Assembly (NCBI GenBank): GCA_016182565.1 | Contig: JACPGI010000004.1 | Coordinates: forward strand, 40,321-104,320 | Source: a candidate division WWE3 bacterium | GTDB lineage: Bacteria; Patescibacteriota; WWE3; UBA101185; UBA10185 | Direction of reading: 5' to 3' | DNA: 64,000 bases | Shown here: in pieces, positions 1 to 8,647 of the stretch | How the letters are laid out: every line of letters begins with the position of its first letter | Position numbering within the stretch: position 1 is the first letter of the stretch | Program-made: the position numbers and the translations under genes | The notes under the pieces: model-generated | Seen by the model: the letters and a program-made list of their open reading frames with translations, nothing else | Databases searched by the model: none | Told to the model about the DNA's origin: nothing

Positions 1-187
1 CACACCCACCCATGACCTGTTTAACAGCCGGATGCCGCCTGACTGCGTCAATACCCATGCGTTGGTACCTATCTGCGAGATCTCTGTGCAGATTTTTATG
101 TGCGACCAGAGAGTTGTATCCGGCAAAGATCAACATTGTGACCACAGCGACAAGAAATATCGTTAACGAAATCCAATTTGTTTCCAT
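1..187 (-). CDS. Partial orphan membrane protein running off the window start (METNWISLTIFLVAVVTMLIFAGYNS...)
   Basis: ATG at 187 preceded by a GGAG SD and an upstream TACAAT; N-terminal hydrophobic helix; frame open to the window edge; not in the ORF track. Confidence 0.6.
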   Translation of the reverse strand, partial: METNWISLTIFLVAVVTMLIFAGYNSLVAHKNLHRDLADRYQRMGIDAVRRHPAVKQVMGGC

Positions 188-293
188 TTTATATTCACTC
201 CATTGATTTGATTTTTATCTTTTGGATATTGTACTACCCTAATCCTAAAATGTAAAACGCTATAGGGCATTAAATAGTCTAAGATTGAGCTAG

Positions 294-845
294 CTAATGG
301 GTTTTTACAAAAATTGAGATAAAAGCGCTTCCGTACCTTCTGGTATCATAGATTTCTAGGTTTTGGGTATTTTTAATAGCATCTTTAATATCAGTGTCTT
401 TACCGTGTGAAAACACAATTACTCCGTTTTCTTTTAAGATATGAGACATATTTTCAAAAAGATATCTATGGTGAGTTTCGACAAAAAAAGGATCAGCAAA
501 GATGATGTCGTAATTTGTATCACACTCTTCAGTGTATTTTATTGCATCTTTTTTGATGATTTCTGCTTTATCACTTAGTTTTGCTTTTATGAGGTTATCT
601 TGGATGGTTTTAATGGCTGATCTTGCATCGTCTACAAAATCGCAGTGTGCTGCTCCCCTACTTAAAGCCTCAATGCCTAGGTTGCCACTTCCTGAGTAAA
701 GATCAAGGCAGTTTGCTTTTAGTATCTTTGTGCTGAGCATAGAAAAGATGGCAAGTTTTGCTTTATCTTGTACAGCTCTAAAGCCCTCTACTTCTGGGGC
801 TAATAATATAATGCCTTTTGCGCTACCTGATGTGATGCGGAACAT
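294..845 (-). CDS. rsmD: 16S rRNA (guanine966-N2)-methyltransferase
   Basis: RITSGSAKG N-terminus, LDLYSGSGNLGIEALSRGA SAM motif, DIIFADPFF, RRYG. Confidence 0.9.
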   Translation of the reverse strand: MFRITSGSAKGIILLAPEVEGFRAVQDKAKLAIFSMLSTKILKANCLDLYSGSGNLGIEALSRGAAHCDFVDDARSAIKTIQDNLIKAKLSDKAEIIKKDAIKYTEECDTNYDIIFADPFFVETHHRYLFENMSHILKENGVIVFSHGKDTDIKDAIKNTQNLEIYDTRRYGSAFISIFVKTH

Positions 846-940
846 AATGTATGTATTTTAACCTATAAGTGGTAAATGGGGAATATATTACTTTGTGGGA
901 GAGCCAAATAACAATTGAAAAAACTGTTTAGAAATTGAAA

Positions 941-980
941 CACCGCACAGATTCTTTTTGTAAAGAGATCGTGTGCGGTG
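941..980 (-). terminator. Intrinsic terminator-like hairpin closing the minus-strand ncRNA candidate
   Basis: CACCGCACA(941-949)/TGTGCGGTG(972-980) plus inner GAT/ATC and TCTTT/AAAGA; followed by TTTCAATTT on the minus strand. Confidence 0.65.
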
Positions 981-1199
981 ACTATTTGTGCGCGAAGCAG
1001 ATGCTCATTTCTTTTTCCGCTGAGAAATGAATATAAGACTGTTTACAGGTTTCTTTATTGCTCCCGTGATGGTGGTCTCGTTATACACCTGCTTCTTTGT
1101 CTAGAGGTATTGTGGATCTTAGGCTGACTTCACGCTTTGAAGTCGAACTTAAAATTGAGCTAACCGCCCGATTGCGCTGGCTGCTCATACCTCGTAACT
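941..1199 (-). ncRNA. Candidate structured ncRNA (~260 nt), family unrecognised
   Basis: Near-consensus sigma70 promoter upstream and terminator downstream; seven nested helices found by hand, with G-U pairs favouring the minus strand. Confidence 0.6.
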
Positions 1200-1205
1200 A
1201 AGATA

Positions 1206-1234
1206 TTTATACCACCAACCTATAGTTCTGTCAA
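1206..1234 (-). promoter_or_regulatory. Sigma70 promoter TTGACA-N17-TATAAA
   Basis: -35 at 1229-1234, -10 at 1206-1211, 17-nt spacer. Confidence 0.75.
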
Positions 1235-1280
1235 GAGGGGGAGGGGGTAGGGATGTTAGGTTATGGCATCTATAGTTATT

Positions 1281-1645
1281 GGGTGTGATTTCAGACTGTG
1301 ATAACGTGTTGCAGTAAAGGGAAAAATATGTCGCACATACACTAAAAGAGCGTAGCCGGTATGTATACAGGTTACGCTCTTTGTTTTTAGATGGAGCCAT
1401 GAGGGCCAAAGTTTGGCTTGACACTTCAGCAATTTTCAAAACGGGAGCGCAGCACGCGAAACGGCTCCCACAGACACCAAAAACCGATCACACGGAGGAT
1501 GGATGCTCCAACCGTGGAAAACAGCGCAATACCCAAGGATGCGTGGGTAGAACCTGCGCCTCAAAACACCTTCAGCCCTCATGGCATGTACAAACTAACA
1601 AAACTTGCTTTGGTTGTCAACAATAATCTTGTCACACCTACATAC
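1281..1645 (+). ncRNA. Candidate large structured ncRNA (~360 nt), family unrecognised
   Basis: TATAGT at 1271-1276; 5'/3' closing helix 1280-1289/1631-1640; 13-bp hairpin; perfect 11-bp long-range helix enclosing three hairpins; overlapping ORFs are unconvincing. Confidence 0.6.
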
Positions 1646-1661
1646 AAAGTTTAGATTTTAG

Positions 1662-3686
1662 TTAACTTTTGTGTATTAGTTTGTTATTGATGCTTTCCAG
1701 TTTCTTTTTTAATTTAGGGTATGTATCAATTTTTGCAAAGTATTTTTTAGCATCTGCTTTTGAGTCTTCTATCAATTTCATGTCACTAAAGTCAGCAACC
1801 CTAAATCTTTTAAAGCCGTGTTGATCTGTGCCATACATATCACCCTGCCCACGTAGTCGCATATCTACCTCTGCAAGTTCTAACCCATTATCGTATTTTT
1901 CTAAGTTTTTAAGTCTTATATATGAATTTCTTGAATTATTTGAAGCAAACACAAGGCAGTACCCCACTTGTCCCGCTCTACCTACTCTACCTCTAAGCTG
2001 GTGTAGTGATGCAAGTCCATATCTTTCGGCGCTTTCAATTACAATTATTGTGGCATCAGGTATATCTACTCCCACCTCAATAACTGGTGTTGCTACAAGT
2101 ATTTTGATTTCCCCATCTCTAAATGCATTTATAGTTTTTTGCTTTTCTTTTGCTGTCATTCGCCCATGCAGTAGCCCAATAGCCTTTCCTTTAAAAGCAC
2201 CATTTTTAAGGTTTGTATATTCAACTTCGGCTGCTTTTACATTTTCCAAGCTTTCATGTTCAGACTCGCTTATCAGAGGGCATACTATAAAAGTCGGCTT
2301 GTCCTGTTCTACAACCCACTTTAAAGCATCATTTCTTTTATTTTCAGCTAAAATCCAGGTTTTGATGTTCTTCTTTTTGTTTTCAGGCGCTATCAAAGAA
2401 GATATGGCTAGATCTCCATAGATTGTAAGTGCCAAAGTTCTAGGAATTGGTGTTGCTGTCATTGTAAGAAGATGCGGAACTTCTTCGTGAGTACCAAGTG
2501 CAAGTAACCTAGCTCTTTGTTCCACCCCAAAGCGATGTTGTTCATCTACCACAATAAGCCCGATTTTGTCCATCTTGTCTTCTAGAAAAAGCAAGGCATG
2601 GGTGCCAATTATAATATCTCCTTTCGAGTTTAGGTTTTTTGAAGTACTTGTTTTAAGCTCTACTTTGACTCCAAGAGGCTCAAAGAAGCTTTTGAAGGTT
2701 TCATAGTGTTGGTTGGCAAGTATTTCAGTAGGAGCCATATATAGGGTTTTGTAGCCACAAAGATAGGTCATATAAGAAGCTACCAACGCTACCGCAGTCT
2801 TTCCTGAGCCCACATCCCCCTCAAGAAGCCTATTCATAGGTGTAGTCTTAGCTAGATCAATCTCTATCTCTTTTATAGCTTGCACCTGTGAATCAGATAG
2901 AGTGAAAGGTAGTGAGTTGGTAAAATCTTTTATACTTTTTTGTATTTTGGCCTGTGAGGTGTCCAGTGGAGTTGATTTTAAGGTTTTCTCCCATTCAAAC
3001 TTTTTTTGCTCAATTCTAAGAAGTTCCAAAAAAAACTCTTCATAGGCAAATCTTTTTTTGACATGTGGTGCATCAAATAAACTATTTGGGAAATGAAATG
3101 TGTTTAAAGCATCTTCAAAAACTTTAAAGTTGTATTTATTTAATACCTCTTTCGGTAGAAATTCCTCCAGAACCAACCCACTATGTAAGATGTCGTTAAT
3201 TCTAGTACGGAGCCATTTGGAACTTATCCCGCTTGTTTCCGGATAAATTGGCACAAGTCTTCCTGTGCTTGTAGATTTTCCACTATTCAATTCTTCCATT
3301 TCTGGGCTGATAAAAGAAAGTTTGTTGTTAAAAGAATTTATCTTACCACTCACATTGTAGGTTTTTCCTACCTCCAAACTATTTTTTATGAAAAGCATGT
3401 TAAACCATAGTATTGAGACTTTTCCTGTTTCATCTGAGATGATTGCTTTAGTGAACTTCTTACCTGTTTTTGTAAATATATTTTCGATTTTTTCAAGGGT
3501 TGCTTTTACGGTGCATATTTCGTATATTATCAAATCTTTAATAAGTTTAACTTGACTATAGTCGTCGTACCTAAAAGGGAAATGATACAAAAGATCTTCG
3601 ACTGTTTTTATTTCTAGTTTCCCAAGTAGGTAAGTAAATTTTGGACCAATCTTTGGGACTGATGATACAGGACTTGTTAATTGCAT
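1662..3686 (-). CDS. recG: ATP-dependent DNA helicase RecG
   Basis: RLLEGDVGSGKT, DEQHRFG, MTATPIPRTL, LHQLRGRVGR; N-terminal wedge/OB region. Confidence 0.97.
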   Translation of the reverse strand: MQLTSPVSSVPKIGPKFTYLLGKLEIKTVEDLLYHFPFRYDDYSQVKLIKDLIIYEICTVKATLEKIENIFTKTGKKFTKAIISDETGKVSILWFNMLFIKNSLEVGKTYNVSGKINSFNNKLSFISPEMEELNSGKSTSTGRLVPIYPETSGISSKWLRTRINDILHSGLVLEEFLPKEVLNKYNFKVFEDALNTFHFPNSLFDAPHVKKRFAYEEFFLELLRIEQKKFEWEKTLKSTPLDTSQAKIQKSIKDFTNSLPFTLSDSQVQAIKEIEIDLAKTTPMNRLLEGDVGSGKTAVALVASYMTYLCGYKTLYMAPTEILANQHYETFKSFFEPLGVKVELKTSTSKNLNSKGDIIIGTHALLFLEDKMDKIGLIVVDEQHRFGVEQRARLLALGTHEEVPHLLTMTATPIPRTLALTIYGDLAISSLIAPENKKKNIKTWILAENKRNDALKWVVEQDKPTFIVCPLISESEHESLENVKAAEVEYTNLKNGAFKGKAIGLLHGRMTAKEKQKTINAFRDGEIKILVATPVIEVGVDIPDATIIVIESAERYGLASLHQLRGRVGRAGQVGYCLVFASNNSRNSYIRLKNLEKYDNGLELAEVDMRLRGQGDMYGTDQHGFKRFRVADFSDMKLIEDSKADAKKYFAKIDTYPKLKKKLESINNKLIHKS

Positions 3687-3735
3687 AACTATTACACAAT
3701 GCTACCATTTGAAAAAAAGTTCAAATGCTTTTTAT

Positions 3736-3996
3736 TTATCTTATGATATAGGGCAAGACATAACTTGCAATAAGTGCAATTGAAACAAATGCTATGACGA
3801 TTTTTTGCATAGTCTTAAGACTAAACGTGTGTTTGAAAGCTCTTTTTATCTTTCGTCTTAATTCCTTACGCTTTTTTTTGTCTTTGTAATCTTCATGCGC
3901 CTGGTTTATTTGTGAAATCCAGTATTTTGGATTTAATTTCAAAAGCAAGCTTTGCAAGAATTCACTCCAAGTCTTTTCATGCTCAAAGATATTCAT
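3736..3996 (-). CDS. Small basic protein with C-terminal membrane anchor
   Basis: ATG 5 nt after the tyrS stop; Lys/Arg-rich stretch then IVIAFVSIALIASYVLPYII. Confidence 0.55.
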   Translation of the reverse strand: MNIFEHEKTWSEFLQSLLLKLNPKYWISQINQAHEDYKDKKKRKELRRKIKRAFKHTFSLKTMQKIVIAFVSIALIASYVLPYIIR

Positions 3997-4000
3997 AAAG

Positions 4001-5197
4001 CTACTTAATTTGAGCATAAAATCTTTTTCCAAACTTAATTATATCTCCTGAGTTATTTTCCAAAAGTTGATTTGGATCAGTTATTTTGATGCCATTTATT
4101 TCTACCCCACCTTGAATGACTGTTCTTTTTATATCTCCCGAAGAAGTAGTTTCACCAAGAACTAACTTTAAAGTTTCAAGAAGAGGGGTATTTTTAGCAA
4201 TTTCTACAATGGTAATTTCGCTAGGTAGCTCTTTGTTTTGGACTGTTTTTTCAAAATGATTCTGGGCTTCTTGTGCACTTTTTTCACCGTGATAGAAGTT
4301 AACAACATCTTTTGCCAAGCGTTTCTTAAATTCCATTGGATTCGCACCGTTTTTAACTTCTGTTTTCATCTGGGTAATTTCATCCATAGACACACGAGTT
4401 ACAAGTTCAAAATATTCAAATATCACCTCATCAACTATAGACATTAGTTTCCCGTACATATTTTCTGGTGAATCAAGGATTGGGATGAAGTTTTTAAGGG
4501 ATTTACCCATAGGCCTGCCATCACTTCCTGTAAGAAGTTTTGTGACAACTGCAGATTGAGGTATTTGCCCAAAAACCGGCATTAGTTTTCTGCCAGCAAG
4601 AAGGTTAAAAGTTTGGTCTGTTCCGCCAAATTCGACATCACAATCTAGGGCTACTGAATCATAACCCTGCATAAGAGGATACATAAATTCATCGAGTCCA
4701 ATTGGTTTTTGCTCTTTGTAACGGAGCATGAAAGTTTCTCTTTCTAGCATTTGTGCTATGGTAAATTGTTTTGTGAGATTTAAGATGTCGTTGAAGTCTA
4801 GTTTTTTTAACCATTCTGAGTTATGTCTTATCTCAGTCCCCTCTTTTAATACTGTTTTGAAAAATTGTTCTTTGTAATGTTCTTCATTTTTTTTGATTTC
4901 TTCAGCAGAAGTTTCCATGCGCATATCAACTTTGTCTGAATGGTCTCCGACTAATGTTGTGAAGTCCCCTATTATTAGTGTGACTTTGTGCCCTAGTTCT
5001 TGAAAATCCCCTATTTTTCTGTGAACCACAGTGTGGCCTAAGTGAAGATTTGGTCCTGTGACATCTGTACCAAGTTTGAGGTGTAATTGTTTGCCGCTTA
5101 ATAGTTTTTCTTCTAATTCTTCAGCGGTAAAAACTTCATGAACTCCACGAGTAAGTAATTCTTTTATTTTTTTAGGATCAGTGTCGATTTTTGCCAT
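4001..5197 (-). CDS. tyrS: Tyrosine--tRNA ligase
   Basis: LHLGH (HIGH), YPLMQGYD, GGTDQTFN, PMGKS (KMSKS variant), C-terminal S4 domain. Confidence 0.97.
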   Translation of the reverse strand: MAKIDTDPKKIKELLTRGVHEVFTAEELEEKLLSGKQLHLKLGTDVTGPNLHLGHTVVHRKIGDFQELGHKVTLIIGDFTTLVGDHSDKVDMRMETSAEEIKKNEEHYKEQFFKTVLKEGTEIRHNSEWLKKLDFNDILNLTKQFTIAQMLERETFMLRYKEQKPIGLDEFMYPLMQGYDSVALDCDVEFGGTDQTFNLLAGRKLMPVFGQIPQSAVVTKLLTGSDGRPMGKSLKNFIPILDSPENMYGKLMSIVDEVIFEYFELVTRVSMDEITQMKTEVKNGANPMEFKKRLAKDVVNFYHGEKSAQEAQNHFEKTVQNKELPSEITIVEIAKNTPLLETLKLVLGETTSSGDIKRTVIQGGVEINGIKITDPNQLLENNSGDIIKFGKRFYAQIK

Positions 5198-5244
5198 GAT
5201 GACAGTATAGTGTTTTTTGAGAAAAAAGTGAATAAATATGATTC

Positions 5245-5276
5245 GAGGACCCCCAACATGTGTTGTAAAGGTCCTC
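5245..5276 (-). terminator. Hairpin downstream of orphan gene
   Basis: GAGGACC(5245-5251)/GGTCCTC(5270-5276) with inner CAAC/GTTG. Confidence 0.5.
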
Positions 5277-5297
5277 TTGTATTTGATTTAATTTTGA

Positions 5298-5636
5298 CTA
5301 CATGCTGGAAAAGTTTCCTGGCTGCATGTTAAAGAAGGCCAGATTTAAAGTGTGGATGAACCGGTCGAATTCTTCTCCGGGCAATCTTATGTTTACTTTT
5401 CTCAAGTTGGCACTGATTGCGCCCAGGCACTCTGTGTCAATTCTGAAGCCTGAACCATCCCTTTCCAGTTTTATGCCGGTTGCAAGGACCATACCGTTTC
5501 TATCGTTCATGCGTAATGTAACTCCGGAAACGCCGTCATGAGTTGGATTTAAGGAGCCTCCGAGGATACAGACCAGCACATCTTGTCTGTAGAACTTGGT
5601 TCTTATGGTACCTTGCTCTTTTGGACCTTTTGACAT
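5298..5636 (-). CDS. Orphan hypothetical protein (~112 aa)
   Basis: AAAGGTGG SD upstream of ATG at 5636, upstream TGcTATAAG, own hairpin; visibly more GC-rich than neighbours. Confidence 0.55.
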   Translation of the reverse strand: MSKGPKEQGTIRTKFYRQDVLVCILGGSLNPTHDGVSGVTLRMNDRNGMVLATGIKLERDGSGFRIDTECLGAISANLRKVNIRLPGEEFDRFIHTLNLAFFNMQPGNFSSM

Positions 5637-5689
5637 TATTTGTTCCACCTTTGCATTAGATTTAATTTCAATGTGACTTATAGCATAAA

Positions 5690-5731
5690 TAGAGCCGGAT
5701 TGGAAATAGTTACTTTCCCAACCCGGCTCTA
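5690..5731. terminator. GC-rich hairpin, terminator-like
   Basis: TAGAGCCGG(5690-5698)/CCGGCTCTA(5723-5731) with inner TGG/CCA and AAA/TTT. Confidence 0.45.
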
Positions 5732-5879
5732 CTTTTAATCAGATTATTTCACAGTTGGAGTGTAGTTTTTCCGTATCTTGTTTGTCGTTTTACCTTTAAA
5801 TCAACACTAACTTATTGCCATACTGGGTACCAGCCATAGTTTTATTCAAGAACTATTTTCCTGCTATAATTTACAGACA

Positions 5880-8582
5880 ATGGCCATGAATAACTTTAAA
5901 TTTTCAAAATCCCGCTCTGGTTTTATTTCCAAATTTCTCCCAGATATAAAAAGTAGATTTTCGACTAGAACTTCAGCTAGAAAGACTTTTGGTAAATTCT
6001 CCCTTTTACCAACTGACTCAAAAAAACGAAGATTTATACTTATACTTCTTACTTATGGCATTTCTTTTGCCCTTTTTTGTTTAGTAATTGGGGTGCTAGT
6101 AGTTACTGTTACACTTGCAATATTTTCAAGAGACTTACCAAACCCAAACACTCTTCTTGAAAGATCGGAAGAACTTTCCACAAAAATTACAGATAGAAAC
6201 GGTGCACCAATTTACGAAGTTTTTGGTGAAAAACATCGAGTTTTAGCAAAACTTCCTGAAATTTCCCCCGACTTAGTTCATGCCACACTAGCTGTAGAGG
6301 ATTCAAATTTTTATTCACATCAAGGTGTGTCATTTAGGGGTATGCTACGAGCTGTGAAAAATATGATTTTTGGAGGAAACTTGCAGAGTGGTTCAACTCT
6401 TACTCAGCAGGTCGTGAAAAACGCACTTTTAACTCAGGAGCAGACCGTAACAAGAAAACTTAAAGAATTAATTTTGTCTTTACAGCTTGAGAACAGATAT
6501 ACCAAAGACGAGATATTACAGATGTATTTAAATGAAACACCATATGGTGGCCAAAACTATGGTGCTTACACGGCATCTAAAGCTTATTTTAATAAATTAC
6601 CAAACGAACTAAGTATGGCTGAATCAGCCTTTATTGCAGGCCTACCCCAAAGCCCTACAAGATATTCCCCCTTTAGTTCAGATCCATCCCGTGGCCTTGA
6701 ACGCAAAAATTATGTTTTATATTTGATGAAAGAAAGAGGATGGTTAGATGATAAAGGAACAAGGCATTTTATTTCTGAGGATGAGTATAAAAATTCTTTG
6801 GCTGTGGAGTTAAAGTTTCAGCCAAGCGCGGCGTCTTTTAAAGCCCCCCACTTTGTTTTTTTTGTACGTGAATATTTGGCAGATTTGCTTGGTGAAAATG
6901 TTATAGAACAAGTGGGTCTTCAAGTAACAACTACCCTTGATTTGAAAATGCAGGATGAAGTTCAGCAGATTGTCAAAGATGAGGTTGATAGCGCAAAAAA
7001 TCTAAAAGTTTATAATGGCTCACTTGTTGCGCTTGATGCAAAATCTGGGCAGATTTTGGCAATGGTTGGTTCTAAAGACTATTTTGCTCCTTCTGAACCC
7101 GAAGGTTGTACATCTGGTATTACTGGTGAAGGAAGCTGCGTTTTTGAACCAAACCTGAACGTAACCTTAGCAAGGAGGCAGCCGGGTTCTTCAATAAAGC
7201 CAATTACTTATGCAACCATGCTTGAACAAGGTTATTCTGTAGCTTTTCCTTTTCTAGATGTGCCTACAGCTTTTCGCGGAGCTGACGGAGGCAAAGATTA
7301 TAAGCCTGTAAATTATGATGGTAAGTTTCGAGGAGTTGTTCCTTTGAGAAAAGCTTTAGGTAATTCTTTGAATATTCCAGCTGTAAAAGCGGTGCAAATG
7401 GTGGGAGTTAAAAATATGATTAAGCAAGCTTCCAAAATGGGAATTTCTACCTTTGAAAATGTTGAAAGATATGGTCCTGCTATAACTCTTGGTGGAGGTG
7501 AAACAAAACTTCTTGAGATGACTGCAGCTTATTCTGTATTTGCATCAGGTGGATTGTATCGCGCGCCAACCCCCATACTTGAGATAAAAAATGCTAAGGG
7601 AGATGTGATTTATTCCTACCGAGATAATGGTGGGGAAAGAGTTTTAAGTGAGGAAACCGCTTATCTTATCTCAGATATTTTATCTGATGATGGAGCTAGA
7701 GCTGATGCATTTGGGTCTAATAGTATGTTAAACATAGGTGGTCAAGAGGTAGCTGTAAAAACAGGAACCACTGATGACAAAAGAGATAACTACGCCCTTG
7801 GTTTTACTAAAGATGTAGTTGTAGGGGCTTGGGTAGGAAATAATAACAACGAGCAGATGCTTGGTATTGCTTCCGGTATTTCAGGAGCAACCCCAATCTG
7901 GCGAAAATCAATACTTACTTTTCTTAAAGATAAAAAGCCAAATTATTTTGACCCTGTGAAAAATGTCAAAAAAATAGAAATAGATAAATTGACTGGAATG
8001 CTTCCGTACGGAGATAGAGATAGGAAAGCTGATTGGTTTAAGGTAGGGTCTGAACCAACTTCTGTAAGCACTTGGTATAAAAGACTTGAAATATGTGAGG
8101 AAGATGGTCGAATTGCAAACGAAGCTTGTGATAATGCAGATCAAACCGAGACCAAAACATTTATTGATATACAGGCAGAACGCCCTGAATGGCAAGATGA
8201 TGTAGATAACTGGGTTGGTGAAAGCTTCAAAGACCAAGAAGAGTACTTCGCGCCTAAAATGACTTCAGAATTAAAGTTTGATGGTGATGAGGCAGAAAAA
8301 GCAGATCCTGTAGTAGCAATAGTAAATAAAGTTGATGGGCAGGAAGTTCCGCTTGGTTTTAGGATTTCAGCAGAGGTGTCATCAGCTAGGGACATAAGCA
8401 AAGTTCAGTTTTATATGGATGGAAACGAGGTTGGTTCTGATAAGTCTTATCCATATGGGTATAATTTTGAATTTGGTAGTGGAACGTATGGAATACATGA
8501 GTTTAAAGTAAAAGCTATCGACAAAAATGATAATGAAGGTGAGACGTCAATAAGATTAAATATAGTAGGATTTAGGTTTTAG
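5880..8582 (+). CDS. Class A penicillin-binding protein (PBP1A family) with C-terminal Ig-like domain
   Basis: EDSNFYSH and GSTLTQQVVKN (GT51), RKLKE, SSIK (SxxK), SLN, KTGTT; C-terminal beta-sandwich-like segment. Confidence 0.95.
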   Translation: MAMNNFKFSKSRSGFISKFLPDIKSRFSTRTSARKTFGKFSLLPTDSKKRRFILILLTYGISFALFCLVIGVLVVTVTLAIFSRDLPNPNTLLERSEELSTKITDRNGAPIYEVFGEKHRVLAKLPEISPDLVHATLAVEDSNFYSHQGVSFRGMLRAVKNMIFGGNLQSGSTLTQQVVKNALLTQEQTVTRKLKELILSLQLENRYTKDEILQMYLNETPYGGQNYGAYTASKAYFNKLPNELSMAESAFIAGLPQSPTRYSPFSSDPSRGLERKNYVLYLMKERGWLDDKGTRHFISEDEYKNSLAVELKFQPSAASFKAPHFVFFVREYLADLLGENVIEQVGLQVTTTLDLKMQDEVQQIVKDEVDSAKNLKVYNGSLVALDAKSGQILAMVGSKDYFAPSEPEGCTSGITGEGSCVFEPNLNVTLARRQPGSSIKPITYATMLEQGYSVAFPFLDVPTAFRGADGGKDYKPVNYDGKFRGVVPLRKALGNSLNIPAVKAVQMVGVKNMIKQASKMGISTFENVERYGPAITLGGGETKLLEMTAAYSVFASGGLYRAPTPILEIKNAKGDVIYSYRDNGGERVLSEETAYLISDILSDDGARADAFGSNSMLNIGGQEVAVKTGTTDDKRDNYALGFTKDVVVGAWVGNNNNEQMLGIASGISGATPIWRKSILTFLKDKKPNYFDPVKNVKKIEIDKLTGMLPYGDRDRKADWFKVGSEPTSVSTWYKRLEICEEDGRIANEACDNADQTETKTFIDIQAERPEWQDDVDNWVGESFKDQEEYFAPKMTSELKFDGDEAEKADPVVAIVNKVDGQEVPLGFRISAEVSSARDISKVQFYMDGNEVGSDKSYPYGYNFEFGSGTYGIHEFKVKAIDKNDNEGETSIRLNIVGFRF

Positions 8583-8647
8583 AGTTAAGATTTTTGTCTA
8601 CTTAAAACTTAAAAGTTAGTTTGTGAACGGGTACCTATCTTGCTTTT

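Noticed and set aside
1237-1260. G-quadruplex in the divergent promoter spacer
   Set aside because: Only three runs of at least three G; not supportable alone
1060-1530. Words shared by the two RNAs (ACGGGAGC, CAGCGCAAT)
   Set aside because: 8-9-nt matches are expected by chance between sequences of this length
1281-1645. RNase P RNA, tmRNA, SRP or 6S identity
   Set aside because: ACAAAAC near the 3' end faintly recalls RNase P, but GAGGAAAGUCC, tRNA-like ends and the SRP loop are absent, and it is too long and branched for 6S
1185-1654. ORFs 1185-1439, 1381-1626 and 1418-1654
   Set aside because: Mutually overlapping, no recognisable motifs, weak starts; the region is better explained by RNA structure, though coding is not excluded
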